A stretch of DNA of 63,780 bases, filler included, from Caldilineae bacterium (GCA_037446815.1; 7 parts of 7 records of this genome joined end to end with filler, not necessarily neighbours in it), one strand, 5' to 3'. Counted from the whole stretch's first letter, positions 1-11,241 are shown. Program-made: numbers and translations. Notes: a model not told the origin generated them from the letters alone.

Positions 1-213
1 CTGCTGGCATTTGTCATTGCGAGGGCGCGGAGCGCCCGAAGCAATCTCCGGGGCGCGGGAGTGCTTCGCTTCGCTCGCAGTGACACCATGAGGATTGTCA
101 TTCTGAGCGGCGAAGCCGCGAAGAATCTCGCAACCCGAGACCCTTCGCTTCGCTCAGGGTGACAGGTGGGGAGGCGACGCGCGGGACAGACCAACACAAG
201 ATGGAGCCGAATC
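1..213. mobile_element. MITE-like element, left end cut off by window edge, carrying two CGTC-type hairpin modules in tandem
   Basis: Right terminus CCAACACAAGATGGAGCCGAATC at 191-213 matches other copies; internal TGTCATTGCGAG...CTCGCAGTGACA and TGTCATTCTGAGC...GCTCAGGGTGACA hairpins. Confidence 0.75.
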
Positions 214-278
214 CGCGGGGCGGGCGACCGTGGCCCGCGCCTTGCACATGCCCGTTTGGTCAGGGATGCCGCTGCTGG

Positions 279-307
279 TTGCGTCGTTATGTTAGGCGTG
301 CTATAAT
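279..307 (+). promoter_or_regulatory. sigma70-type promoter
   Basis: TTGCGT-N17-TATAAT with TGn extended -10, upstream of the response regulator. Confidence 0.65.
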
Positions 308-398
308 GAGCCAACAAAGCAGTTGCGGGGTCGCCCACCTCACCCCACGCAATCTGCGCGACGGTCAGGGTGTGTTTGCGACCGCGGAGGAAAGGCAC

Positions 399-1079
399 AT
401 GCACGTTCTGGTAGTAGATGACGACGCCCCCAGCGTGAAGATGATCGCCTTCCTGCTCCGTGAGGAGGGGTATACCGTCAGCACGGCGGACAATGGAGTC
501 AAGGCCCTGGAACTTGTGGAACAGGAGTCGCCCGACCTGGTGATCCTGGACGTGATGATGCCGCACATGGACGGGCACGAGGTCTGTCGGCGCATTCGCA
601 GCAAGCGGAAGGTGCCCATCATCTTCCTGTCGGCGCGCGGCGAGACGGCGGACCGCGTGCAGGGGCTGGAACTGGGCGCCGACGACTACCTGGCGAAGCC
701 GTTTGAGCCGGCCGAGTTGCTGGCCCGCGTCAAGGCGGTGCTGCGGCGCACCGAGGCGTACGCAATGAGCGAGCCGCAGGGACGGCTGGTCGTGGGCGAT
801 TTCGTGCTGGACCCGCTGGAGAACAAAGCCACCGTCCGCGGCAAGACGGTGGACCTGACGCCGATTGAATTCCGGCTCCTGTACTGCCTGGCGCGGAACG
901 CGGGCCGTGTGCTGTCGCAGGATTTTCTGCTGTCGGCGGTCTGGGGCTACGACTACGAAGGCTACAGCAACCAGGTGGCGGTGTACATCCGCAGGTTGCG
1001 GAACAAGATAGAGATTGACCCGGCCCACCCGGAGTACCTGCTCACCGTGCGAGGGCTGGGGTACCGGTTTGAAGCGTAG
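399..1079 (+). CDS. OmpR/PhoB-family response regulator
   Basis: REC domain (VLVVDDD, ILDVMMP, GADDYLAKPF) plus winged helix (VYIRRLRNKIE, TVRGLGY); GGAGG RBS before ATG 399. Confidence 0.95.
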   Translation: MHVLVVDDDAPSVKMIAFLLREEGYTVSTADNGVKALELVEQESPDLVILDVMMPHMDGHEVCRRIRSKRKVPIIFLSARGETADRVQGLELGADDYLAKPFEPAELLARVKAVLRRTEAYAMSEPQGRLVVGDFVLDPLENKATVRGKTVDLTPIEFRLLYCLARNAGRVLSQDFLLSAVWGYDYEGYSNQVAVYIRRLRNKIEIDPAHPEYLLTVRGLGYRFEA

Positions 1080-1122
1080 CGCCCGGCGTGTCCGGGTATT
1101 CGGTGTGCGGAGCGGTGGTGTG

Positions 1123-4100
1123 ATGACAAGTTGCGGAGCGAGACGACAGCAGGCCGTTCGCATTTCTTTGGCGATGGGCGTGGCCGGCTTCTTGTTGCTA
1201 GGCGTCTTCCTCGCGGGCGGTTTGGTGGCCCACGCGGGGGTCAATCCCGCTGCGGGCTTCATGGACGGCCCGTCGTCGCCTCCAACGCCGCCAGGGGCTG
1301 CCGAGGCCGCCACGTGGAACGAGTTCGTGCCCACGGGCTGGGTTACGCAGAGCCTGGTCTCGGCGAGCGTGTCGGTTACGGACTCGGACGGCCTGCAAGA
1401 GGTAACGGCGCAGTATTCCTATTCCACCGACGGCGGCGGTTCCTGGTTCTCGTGGGGGCAGACCGGCCTGTCCATCACCGGCGACCTCACCACAACGAAG
1501 CGGATGACGGTTACCAATCTGTTCCTGCCCGACTCTGCTACGAACAATCTCCTCATGTTCCGCATCCTGGACGGCGCGGCCATGACGGAGACCAGTCCCG
1601 CCTATCCGATTCAGGTGGATTCCACCGCGCCCTCCTCGTCGGTGGGAACGAGTGGCTGGTTCAAGACGCTGTCGGTGATCACGGGCACGGCGTCGGATGC
1701 GACGTCGGGCTTGGCGCGGGTGGACATCCTGATTCAGCGCGGCGACACCAACCAGTACTACAACGGGAGCGGATGGCAGGCGAGTCCCCTGTGGCTGCTG
1801 GCCACCGGTACGGCGAACTGGTCCTACACCTTCGTGCCCACGGAAACCGTAACGTACACCGTGTCCTCACGGGCAACGGACCAGGCGGGGCTGGTGCAGT
1901 CGGCGTTGGGCACCGGCACCATCTACTTTGACAACACGCCGCCCACCTCAAGCGTCGGCACGTCGGGGTTCTACCGCGCGGCCACCTGGACCGGTGCCAT
2001 CACCGGCACGGCCAGCGACAGGGGCGCAGGCGTCCAGAAGGTGGAAATCGTACTCAGGCGCGTGAACGATGGCTTGTACTACGACGGCAGCGGCTGGGTG
2101 GGTTCCGCCGTGTGGCTGTTGGCCTCGGGCACCGAAGCCTGGTCCTACCCCTTCGCGCCCACGCCTGGGATGACTTACGAAGCGCGTTCCCGCGCGACGG
2201 ACAACGTGGGCAACGTGCAGGCGCCTCCCTCCGCCGCGACGACGTTCATGCTGGACACCGGCCTGCCGACTTCGGCTGTGGGCACCAGCGGCTACTACGG
2301 AACGCTCACGTGGACGGGCAACATCACCGGGACGGCTAACGACGCCGAGTCGGGACTCGCCCGCGTGGACGTGATGATTCAGCGGCAAGAGGGCAGCCAG
2401 ACGCAGTACTACAACGGCTCCTGGTGGCAGACGACGCCTATCTGGCTACTGGCCAACGGCACGGACAACTGGTACTACCCCTTCGCGCCCGAGCACGGGC
2501 GGACGTACACCATCCAATCCCGCGCCCAAGACCTGGCCGGAAATCAGCAGGTCGCCTATGGCATGGGCACGCTCACCTACGATAGCGGGATTCCCACATC
2601 CTCGGTAACCACCAGCGGCCTGTTGGGCAAGACCGCGTGGACGGGGACGATTGCCGGCTTGGCGTCCGATGACTTCGTGGGCGTGGATGTGGTGCACATC
2701 ACCATACGGCGGCCCGATGGGCAGTACTACACCGGCTCGGGCTGGGTGACCGTCACCACATGGCTGACGACTTCCGGCACGACCGCGTGGACGTACCCGT
2801 TCACGCCGACCCAGGGCATCACGTACACGGTGCAGTCCCGCGCCACCGACCGCGCCGGCAACGTGCAGACGACCTTCGGCACGTCGGCCTTCTCCTACGA
2901 CGGCACCGACCCCACGTCAACGGTGGGCGTGTCGGGGTTCTACGGGCCGGTAACGTGGACCGGCGCTATCACCGGCACGGCGACTGATGGAGAGTCGGGC
3001 GTGCAGTCCGTGGTCCTGTCCATCAAGAACTCGCTGAATCAGTTCTGGAACGGCACAGCGTGGCAGCCGATTGAGGTCTGGCTGCCGGCAACTGGCACGA
3101 CCGCCTGGTCTTATCCGTTTGCGCCGCAGAACGGCGAATCGTACACGGTGCGTGCCAAGGCTACAGACCGCGCCGGCAACGAGCAGGCAACGCCGTCGCA
3201 ATCCACCTTTGCCTACGATGCGTCCGCTCCGGTGTCGGCCATCGCCACGTCTGGCTTCTATCGGCTGGAGACGTGGCCGGGGCAGATTGACGGCACCGCT
3301 TCCGACGAAGGCGCGGGCCTACAGCGGGTGGAACTGACCGTTCAGCGGCCCGATAATTGGTACTACAACGGCACGACGTGGCAGCCCACGGAGTTCTGGC
3401 TAACGGCGACCGGCGCGATTACGTGGCAGTACGCTTTCGCGCCCACCGACGGCATGACGTACACGATTCGCTCGCGGGCTGTGGACGCGGCGGGGAACAT
3501 CCAGGCGGTGTATGCCACCGGCTCCTTCTGCTACGACTTGCAGCCGCCGGATTCGCAGGTGGGAACCAGCGGCTACTACAATGCCCTCACCTGGACGGGG
3601 GCCATCACGGGCACGGCCACCGATGCGACATCGGGCGTGTTGGGCGTGGCCATCGTGCTGCAGCGTTCCGTCGCGCCGCACTATTGGAATGGCACCATCT
3701 GGCAAGCCGCGCAAACCTGGGTTACGGCGACCGGCACGGTAACGTGGTCCTACCCCCTCACGCCGGATTCGGGCGTGGTGTACACGGTAACGTCGCGCGC
3801 AGTGGACAAGGCGGGCAACACGGAGATCACCTACGGCACGGGTTCGTTCGCCCTGGACTTGCAGGAGCCGGATTCTGCGGTGGGCACGTCGGGGTTCTAC
3901 CGCGCGGCCACCTGGACGGGGGCCATCACCGGCACGGCCGAGGCGGGGGTGTCGGGCGTGGCGCGGGTGGAAATCACCGTGCAGCGCAGCACGGACGACA
4001 AGTACTACAACGGCTCCGCCTGGCAATTGGCGCCCCAATGGCTCACGGCGACGGGAACGCTGAACTGGAGTTATCCCTTCAGCCCGACGGAGTCCGTTAC

Positions 4101-7100
4101 GTACACCGTGCAGTCGCGCGCGTGGAGCGTGTCGGGCAATCCGGAGTTGACCCTGGGCGTGGGCCAGTTCATCTACGACAGCATGCCGCCAACCGCGACG
4201 CTGGGCACGTCTGCCGCGTACCGCACGGCGACGTGGACGGGGGCCATTACGGGCACGGCCACCGATGCGGGCGTGGGCGTGGACTTCGTGGACTTCACCC
4301 TGCAGCGCAGTACGGACAGCCGATACTTTTCGGGCAGCGCATGGTTGACGACCCCCACCTGGCTGCGCGCCACAGGCGCGGAGAACTGGGCCTACACCTT
4401 CTCGCCGCCCGAGGAGGCCATCTACACCGTCCGGATGCGCCCGGCGGATAGGGCAGGGAACGTGCAGGATCCGCCCTCCACGGCCACGTTTATTCTGGAC
4501 AACACGGCGCCCTATGCGCCCACCGAGCCGCACTACTACGACGGGTGGAAGAACACCAACGTGTTCACGGTAACGTGGACGAACGCGCCCGACCTGTCGG
4601 GCATCGCGGGCGCATACTACAAGTTCAGCCCGCCTACGTCGCCCACCGACGCCGTGCGCTTCGTTACCACGACGAACGCCATCACGGACATCAGCGTCCC
4701 CGCCGAGGGGGTCTGGGATTTGCACCTGTGGCTCCAGGACAATGCCGGGAACGTGAATCACAACCGCCGCCTCGTATGGCCGGCCATGTTCAAGTACGAC
4801 GCCACCCCGCCCCAGACGACTCATGCCTTCGCCGGCCCACTGGGGGACAATGGGTGGTTCCGGGGCGCGGTAACGGCGACCCTGACTTCGTCCGACCAGC
4901 CCGGGCTGTCGGGCGTCAACCAGCAGTTCTACCAGATTGACGCCGGGGCATGGATGACAACCACGGGCTCCTTCCTGATGTCGGGCGATGGCGTGCACAC
5001 CTTCAATTACTACGCGACGGACAACGCCGGCAACGTGGAAGCCACGAAGACGTACACGGTGGGCATAGACACGGTGCCCCCGTCCGTTACGCATACGTTG
5101 TCGGGCACGCTGAGCGCGTCGGGATGGTACACCGCGCCGGTTACCGTGATCTTGGAGGGGACCGACGCGACATCGGGCGTGGACGATGACGGCTACCGCT
5201 ATCGCATGGGGACCATCGGCGCGTGGCTTTCGGGCAAGACGTTTGTCGTCGGCGGCGAGGGCACGCGCACGTTCTACTACTACGCCATTGACCGCGCCGG
5301 CAACGCGAGCGAGGTCATGTCCGGCACCGTGCGGGTGGACACCATCCCGCCCACCAGCGGCATCCAAATCAGCGGCGCGGTGGGCGACAACGGCTGGTAC
5401 CGGTCCTCGGTTGGCGTTACCATCTCGGTTACGGATACCATGTCCGGGCCGGCTCCCGGCGAGGTGTACTACCGCCTGGACGGCGGGCCGTGGGTCAAGG
5501 GCAATACTGTGGGCATCTCCGCCGACGGCGACCACGTGCTGGAGCACTACGGCGTGGACGTGGCAGGCAACGTGGGCGTGCCGGTGGAAAGCCCCGTGCG
5601 CATAGACACCACGGCTCCGGGCATGCCGCTGGACCTGACGCCTTCGCCCGCTACCTGGACCAACATCAACCGCTTCAGCATATCGTGGACTCCGCCCGCG
5701 GACACGTCGGGCATTGCGGGCGCCTACTACAAACTGGATGCCGAGCCGCTGCATAACACGGACGGCACCTACGTACCCAACGGCACCCGAATTGACGACA
5801 TCGCGGTTTCGGGCGAGGGGAGGCACAGCATCACCGTCTGGCTGCGCGATGTGGCGGGGAACACGAATTTCGTGAATCGGGCGGCCCGCATCAACGCCTT
5901 CCTGTACGACCCGCTGCCGCCGACGACCAACGCTTCGCAGAGCGGGACAATGGGCAACAACGGCTGGTTCACCTCGCCGGTTACCGTTACCTTTGTGTCG
6001 CAGGACCAGGCCGGACTGTCGGGCGTCTTTGGCGTGGCCTATCGCGTGGACGCTTCGGCCTGGGTTACGGAGACTGGCGTGGCCTCGGCGGCGACCGTGA
6101 TTAGCGCCTCCGGCAAGCATGTGGTGGAATACCGCGGGCTGGACGCGGCGGGCAACGTGGAGTCCGTGCGCTCGCTGACCGTCCGTGTGGATACCCGCCC
6201 GCCCGCTGCGCCGACGGACGTGCGCGTAACGCCATCCGGGTGGTCCAGGGGCAGCACGTTCACGATTACCTGGAAGAATCCTGTGCCCGCCGACGACTCG
6301 GGCATCGCGGCCATGTACTACAAACTGAACGCCCCGCCCTCCGGCCCGACCGACGGCACGCGGGTGGCCATCGTCGCCCCGAGCGCGCAAATCAACGTTA
6401 CGGCCAATGGCGAGCACGACGTGTACGTGTGGCTGGAAGACCTGGCCGGCAACGTCGGTTACCAGAACTACGCGTGGCTTCCGAAGGCGATTCGCCGCGA
6501 TGCGCTGCCGCCCACCGTGACCCACGCGCTGGCGGGCACGCTGGGAGCCGAGAACTGGTACGTTTCGCCCGTAACCGTAACGTTGACGGCCACGGATACG
6601 CTGTCGGGGCTGGCCGCCACCCGCTACCAGGTGAACGGCGGCGCGTGGACCGCCGGCAATTCCGTCGTGGTGAGCGCGGACGGGATGCACACGGTGGCGT
6701 ACAAAGCCGAGGACATCGCAGGCAACCAGTCCGGGGTGATCACGGTCTCGTTCCGCATTGACCGGACGACGCCGTTCGTAAGTTTCATCCCAAACGGCTC
6801 GTTCCAGTCCGGCACGACCTTCACCGTCTCGTGGACGGGGACGGATCCTGCGCCTGGCTCCGGGCTGGATCGCTACGACGTGCAGGTGGCCGACGGGCTG
6901 ACGGGCGCGTGGGTGGACTGGCTCACCAACACCGACCTCACGTCGGCCCCATATGTGGGCCAGCGCGGGCACACCTACGGGTTCCGGGCGCGGGCGCGCG
7001 ATGTGGCGGGCAACCAGGGCGACTACCCGCCCTCGGCCCAGATTCTCGTGCAGGTTGCGCCTATCGTCAACGGGGATTTGGAGACCGGCAACTTCAGCGG

Positions 7101-7770
7101 GTGGACTCTGGGGTGCACGCCGACGTTCAATCGCAGCGTGGTGCGCGCGCCCGACTCCCGCGGAGTGGAGACGTGGGTGGCCCGCCTGGGCGACCCCGCC
7201 TACACGCGCATGGACACGTTGCCGAGCGTGCCGGTCGGCGCGGCCTGCATGTCTCAGACGTTTGCCGTGCCGCCCGCCAGCCAGATGTTGACCCCGGTCC
7301 TGAGTTTCTGGTATCATGTGTACACGTATGACGTCGTTGTGGGCAGCGATGGCAAGCTCTACGATTCATTTGATGTAACGATCACTCGGCAGGGCGGTTC
7401 GCCGCAGTTGGTCCTGCGCGACGGGAACTTCACCGAGCCGATTACGTCGGTGCTGGTGCTGAGGGACCTGGGCTGGCGCTACGCGCAGATAGACCTGTCG
7501 CCGTATGCCGGGCAGACCATCACCGTGCAGTTCGCCAACTGGAACCGCGAGTACGACTACAATCCCCAGTTGGGGCTGGGGTGGTACAACACGTGGACGC
7601 TGGTGGATGGGGTGCAGGTGCGCACGCGGCTGTCGCCCAGAATCTATCTGCCCGCGGCAATGGTGAACTTTGACGGGACGCGCGCTGTGCGCACGCTGGA
7701 AGTGAGCGCGGAAGCGATGCCGGAGGCCCCGCTCTCTATCCCCATAGGGGAAGAACGGCCGAGGCGCTAG
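1123..7770 (+). CDS. Giant secreted/surface protein (~2,215 aa) with tandem Ig-like repeats, an FN3-like domain and a C-terminal jelly-roll-like domain
   Basis: N-terminal hydrophobic signal; nine ~107-aa repeats (TSG..W.G.ITGTA.D...YYNG..W...WSYPF.P...SRA.D.AGN), then two other repeat types; C-terminal IYLP motif; start codon uncertain (1120/1123/1174). Confidence 0.85.
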   Translation: MTSCGARRQQAVRISLAMGVAGFLLLGVFLAGGLVAHAGVNPAAGFMDGPSSPPTPPGAAEAATWNEFVPTGWVTQSLVSASVSVTDSDGLQEVTAQYSYSTDGGGSWFSWGQTGLSITGDLTTTKRMTVTNLFLPDSATNNLLMFRILDGAAMTETSPAYPIQVDSTAPSSSVGTSGWFKTLSVITGTASDATSGLARVDILIQRGDTNQYYNGSGWQASPLWLLATGTANWSYTFVPTETVTYTVSSRATDQAGLVQSALGTGTIYFDNTPPTSSVGTSGFYRAATWTGAITGTASDRGAGVQKVEIVLRRVNDGLYYDGSGWVGSAVWLLASGTEAWSYPFAPTPGMTYEARSRATDNVGNVQAPPSAATTFMLDTGLPTSAVGTSGYYGTLTWTGNITGTANDAESGLARVDVMIQRQEGSQTQYYNGSWWQTTPIWLLANGTDNWYYPFAPEHGRTYTIQSRAQDLAGNQQVAYGMGTLTYDSGIPTSSVTTSGLLGKTAWTGTIAGLASDDFVGVDVVHITIRRPDGQYYTGSGWVTVTTWLTTSGTTAWTYPFTPTQGITYTVQSRATDRAGNVQTTFGTSAFSYDGTDPTSTVGVSGFYGPVTWTGAITGTATDGESGVQSVVLSIKNSLNQFWNGTAWQPIEVWLPATGTTAWSYPFAPQNGESYTVRAKATDRAGNEQATPSQSTFAYDASAPVSAIATSGFYRLETWPGQIDGTASDEGAGLQRVELTVQRPDNWYYNGTTWQPTEFWLTATGAITWQYAFAPTDGMTYTIRSRAVDAAGNIQAVYATGSFCYDLQPPDSQVGTSGYYNALTWTGAITGTATDATSGVLGVAIVLQRSVAPHYWNGTIWQAAQTWVTATGTVTWSYPLTPDSGVVYTVTSRAVDKAGNTEITYGTGSFALDLQEPDSAVGTSGFYRAATWTGAITGTAEAGVSGVARVEITVQRSTDDKYYNGSAWQLAPQWLTATGTLNWSYPFSPTESVTYTVQSRAWSVSGNPELTLGVGQFIYDSMPPTATLGTSAAYRTATWTGAITGTATDAGVGVDFVDFTLQRSTDSRYFSGSAWLTTPTWLRATGAENWAYTFSPPEEAIYTVRMRPADRAGNVQDPPSTATFILDNTAPYAPTEPHYYDGWKNTNVFTVTWTNAPDLSGIAGAYYKFSPPTSPTDAVRFVTTTNAITDISVPAEGVWDLHLWLQDNAGNVNHNRRLVWPAMFKYDATPPQTTHAFAGPLGDNGWFRGAVTATLTSSDQPGLSGVNQQFYQIDAGAWMTTTGSFLMSGDGVHTFNYYATDNAGNVEATKTYTVGIDTVPPSVTHTLSGTLSASGWYTAPVTVILEGTDATSGVDDDGYRYRMGTIGAWLSGKTFVVGGEGTRTFYYYAIDRAGNASEVMSGTVRVDTIPPTSGIQISGAVGDNGWYRSSVGVTISVTDTMSGPAPGEVYYRLDGGPWVKGNTVGISADGDHVLEHYGVDVAGNVGVPVESPVRIDTTAPGMPLDLTPSPATWTNINRFSISWTPPADTSGIAGAYYKLDAEPLHNTDGTYVPNGTRIDDIAVSGEGRHSITVWLRDVAGNTNFVNRAARINAFLYDPLPPTTNASQSGTMGNNGWFTSPVTVTFVSQDQAGLSGVFGVAYRVDASAWVTETGVASAATVISASGKHVVEYRGLDAAGNVESVRSLTVRVDTRPPAAPTDVRVTPSGWSRGSTFTITWKNPVPADDSGIAAMYYKLNAPPSGPTDGTRVAIVAPSAQINVTANGEHDVYVWLEDLAGNVGYQNYAWLPKAIRRDALPPTVTHALAGTLGAENWYVSPVTVTLTATDTLSGLAATRYQVNGGAWTAGNSVVVSADGMHTVAYKAEDIAGNQSGVITVSFRIDRTTPFVSFIPNGSFQSGTTFTVSWTGTDPAPGSGLDRYDVQVADGLTGAWVDWLTNTDLTSAPYVGQRGHTYGFRARARDVAGNQGDYPPSAQILVQVAPIVNGDLETGNFSGWTLGCTPTFNRSVVRAPDSRGVETWVARLGDPAYTRMDTLPSVPVGAACMSQTFAVPPASQMLTPVLSFWYHVYTYDVVVGSDGKLYDSFDVTITRQGGSPQLVLRDGNFTEPITSVLVLRDLGWRYAQIDLSPYAGQTITVQFANWNREYDYNPQLGLGWYNTWTLVDGVQVRTRLSPRIYLPAAMVNFDGTRAVRTLEVSAEAMPEAPLSIPIGEERPRR

Positions 7771-7907
7771 CGCCCGCTGCGGGATTTCGTGTACGCAGCG
7801 GCGGGGACGAGGCCAAGATCACCGCCGCCATTTTGCTTTGGAATGCTTGGGGGGAGAAGAATGCAGTTTGCGAGATGCTCCAGCACGCCTGGACGTCGGG
7901 AGGGGCT

Positions 7908-9277
7908 ATGGACGATACACTGAACCCGATGGCCCAGGGAAGCGAGGCAGACCCGAATCCCGACGAGCAACTGGATGCGGAGGCCCTGTACGCGCGGGGC
8001 ATGGCCCACTATCGCCGCCGCGAGTGGCAGAGGGCCATGGAGTACTTCGTGCGGCTCAAGGCCCTGGAGCCCAATCGGCCTGGGATTGATGCCCTGCTGG
8101 ACGAACTGGACTGGTTTATCCAACTCCAGGCGATGGGCCCCGAAGGCCAGACAGCGGAAGCGGATGCGACTCAGGCCAGGCCGGCACCCGAGCCGGAGGT
8201 CCGGGAGGTTGCGCCGCGCCCGGCCAAGGTTCGCCGCGCGCCGGTGCGCTTCAACTGGCGCGTGCTCATCTGGCCGCTGGTGTTGCTTCTCGTCGCCGCC
8301 GGAGCCTATCTCATCTTCAAGACGCAGCAACCCGACCCGATAGACGTGCTCTACAACCGCGCCCAGGCCAAGATGACCGTGGGCGACTACGAAGAGGCCA
8401 TTCAAATCTACGAGCAGATTCTGGAGCGCGACCCCAATCACAAGGGCGCGCAGTTCGGCCTGGATAAGGCGCGCCGTCTCGCCAACCTCAGCCTGCTGTA
8501 TCAGAACGCCAGGACGTACATCGCCAACGAGCAGTGGGACCAGGCTTGGGCCGAACTCAACAAGATTCTGGAGATAGACCCCAGTTACAGCGACGCGAGT
8601 ACCCTGGCTTCCTTTGTGGAGCGGCGCAAGGCCGTTGCTGACCTATACAAGGAGGGGCAAGGGTTCTACGACAGCGGCGAGTGGGGCAAGGCGATAGACC
8701 GATTTGAGCGCATCCGAAGCCTGGATGCCACGTATAATGCGCAGCCGGTTCGCGCCATGCTGTTTGAGTCCTACATCAGCGAGGCCAAGCGGTTGTTGGA
8801 TGACCCGAGAAGCCAGGCCGCCGACATTCGCCTGGCCATCCAGCATCTTTCCAGCGCGCTCACCATCAATCCGCAGGCGAGCAACGTGGCGGCCATCAAG
8901 AGCGACGCCGAGGCGTACCTGGCAGGCGTGGTGGCCTTTGACAACCGCGAGTTTGACCTGGCCCACGCGCGTTTCAACAAACTGTACAGCGCGCCGGGCG
9001 AATACCCCATCCGCAATGCGGGCTTGTGGCTGTACAAGACCTTTGTTGCGCGCGGCGATGCCCTGAGGGACGCCGGGCGCTACTCCGACGCGCTGGCGCA
9101 ATACCGACAGGCCCAGGCCATCGCGGGCGTGGACACGACAGAAGCGCAGGAACGGATAACGGACATCCTCAGCCACTACGCGACGCCGACGCCGACGCTG
9201 ACGCCGACGCGGACACCGACGCGGACTCGCGCGCCGACCAACACGCCGGTGCCGCCGACGCCGACGCCGGTGCCGCC
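7908..9277 (+). CDS. Membrane-anchored TPR protein with Pro/Thr-rich linker, 3' truncated at contig end
   Basis: TPR-like helices on both sides of a TM segment (VLIWPLVLLLVAAGAYLIF); runs into the gap within TPTPT repeats. Confidence 0.85.
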
Positions 9278-9377
9278 NNNNNNNNNNNNNNNNNNNNNNN
9301 NNNNNNNNNNNNNNNNNNNNNTTAATTAATTAANNNNNNNNNNNNNNNNNNNNNNNNNNNNNNNNNNNNNNNNNNNN
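9278..9377. other. Artificial contig linker
   Basis: N-run containing TTAATTAATTAA (stops in all six frames). Confidence 0.97.
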
Positions 9378-9422
9378 GGGAGGCGGCGTGCGGGGCAGAC
9401 CAACACAAGATGAAACCAACTC
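9378..9422. mobile_element. Right end of MITE-like element at contig start
   Basis: GGGAGGCGGCGTGCGGGGCAGACCAACACAAGATGAAACCAACTC matches the right ends of the copies at 1-213 and 58232-58382. Confidence 0.7.
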
Positions 9423-9558
9423 CGGTCTTGCTATCCACACGCGGGAGGAGACGGCTCGCGAATGCGGCGGGGGCGCAGCAATGACAGCCCGTAGGCCGCA
9501 CGCGGCGACCTACGGGCCTGCCAAAAGCTGACCGCTGACGGCTTTCCGCTGTCTGCCC

Positions 9559-11028
9559 CTACCACCGATACCGCACGGTGTAGGTGATCTTCGCCTCGCC
9601 ATCCTTGGGCACGTTCACGCGGAACTCCACGCTGCTGGAGTCCAGTTTGGTGTACTCGTGGCTCTTGGCCGTGATCTCCCACTCGCTCCAGCGGAACAGA
9701 TGCTCCACCACCCGCACCTCAACGGCCTCGCTCTTGTGGTTGCGGATGCTGATCTCAAAACTCTCTTCTATCGTCCGCTCGCCCAGTTTCTTGAAATCCG
9801 TCTGCTTGCGCTCGCCCACGATGTCAAAGGCGTCGCCCAGATACAGGCGCACGCGCTCATCCCTGGGCGTGTGGTCAATCTGGTCCTCGCCGACAAACTC
9901 GGCCCCGCCGCCCGTGTCCTCTTTGTACACGCGCACGCGGCCCTTGGGCAGCGGCACGCCCAACCCGTCCGCCTCGGAATTCTTGAATTCCACCAGCACC
10001 ATGACCTTCTTGTTGCTGGTGGGGCCGTAGGTGGGATCGGTGATGGGGCCGTAGGAGTACCAGTAGCCGCTCCCCAGGCCATCGTACACGAAGATCTTCT
10101 CGGCTTTCACGCCTTCCGCGCCGACGAACTCAATCTGCTTGGTCTGCTGATCCTTGACGGTTACGGGCCGCTGGATTTCATACAGGTGGTACTCAAAGAA
10201 CTCCCGCTCGGCCACCTGTTCGGGGGTGAGGGCAGCGCCCGCCTTGCGCGCCATGTCGTAGGCGGTCAGTTCCTGGGGAGGCTGCACGCGGTGGATGTCG
10301 CCGGCGATGAGTTTCAGCCGCGCATCCTTATACGTGGCGCCGCTGCGATTGTCCACCGTAACCCAGCCGTTCAGCCCCAGCGAGGCGTCGTCGGCGGCCA
10401 GAACCACCACGTAGTCGGCGGACCACGTGATGCCGGCGGTCAGGTACGTTACCTCCACGTCATGGGCGCCGGCCTTGGCCGCGTTCACCTGCCACAGGAG
10501 CGACGGCTTGGTGATAAGCCCCTCCGGCAGCGCGGGGAACTGGAACTCCCGCACCTGGTTCGCCTTGACGACGGTTACCTTGCCGTCCGAAGCCTGAAGG
10601 ATGATGTCATCGGCCCCGCTGAGCAGTTTGCCCGTGTAGACGCTGCCATCCTCTGTAACGAGCGTGATTTGCTCATCCAGGTACTTGCGCAGGAGTTTGG
10701 CCGAGCCTACCACATCGTACTCGTAGTTCTGCTCCAGCACCGCGGTCCCCTCGGGGTCGGTCAGCGAGCGGAAGTGAACGGACGTGGGGTCAATGCCCGA
10801 GGCCACGTCGGAGAAGCGGACGAAATTCAGGCCCTTCTCCAGCGTCATCGGACGGTGATCCTTGACCAGCCCCAGGTCGGAGTTGTACACGGTCAACTCC
10901 ACGCCCGGCGACTCGGCATGGGCGGGCGTGGGCGACAACCGCGCGACCAGATTGCTGCCGGCGGAACACGCGGCCAAAGCCAGCGTGGCCACCACAACCA
11001 GGATGCGAATCCCTCGTGCGTGTCTCAT
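9559..11028 (-). CDS. DUF4139-domain lipoprotein
   Basis: Lipobox LALAAC; VELTVYN..LGLVKD, LEQNYEYD, FFEYHLY and PLPKGRVRVY motifs typical of DUF4139/DUF4140 proteins; GGAGGG RBS. Confidence 0.85.
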   Translation of the reverse strand: MRHARGIRILVVVATLALAACSAGSNLVARLSPTPAHAESPGVELTVYNSDLGLVKDHRPMTLEKGLNFVRFSDVASGIDPTSVHFRSLTDPEGTAVLEQNYEYDVVGSAKLLRKYLDEQITLVTEDGSVYTGKLLSGADDIILQASDGKVTVVKANQVREFQFPALPEGLITKPSLLWQVNAAKAGAHDVEVTYLTAGITWSADYVVVLAADDASLGLNGWVTVDNRSGATYKDARLKLIAGDIHRVQPPQELTAYDMARKAGAALTPEQVAEREFFEYHLYEIQRPVTVKDQQTKQIEFVGAEGVKAEKIFVYDGLGSGYWYSYGPITDPTYGPTSNKKVMVLVEFKNSEADGLGVPLPKGRVRVYKEDTGGGAEFVGEDQIDHTPRDERVRLYLGDAFDIVGERKQTDFKKLGERTIEESFEISIRNHKSEAVEVRVVEHLFRWSEWEITAKSHEYTKLDSSSVEFRVNVPKDGEAKITYTVRYRW

Positions 11029-11241
11029 ATTCCCTCCTAAAGGTAAGTGTAGTTTGGAACTGTGGATAGCCTTCCCTTCCGTTGTTGCGGATAGCCTGCG
11101 GCTCGTATCGGGCCGCAAAGAGCGCAAAGTTTCCTTGGATTCCTCCTTAGGCTGATTTCTCTGCGTTCTCTGTGCCTCTGCGGTGAATTCCGCTGCCCTT
11201 TGCCAACAACACTCCAAGGAGATGAGCGGACTGTGCGAGTT

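Noticed and set aside
3400..7317. 1305-aa antisense ORF (also 39088-43164, 29155-31473, 16532-18310)
   Set aside because: Shadow ORFs opposite well-supported genes in high-GC DNA; no recognisable motifs
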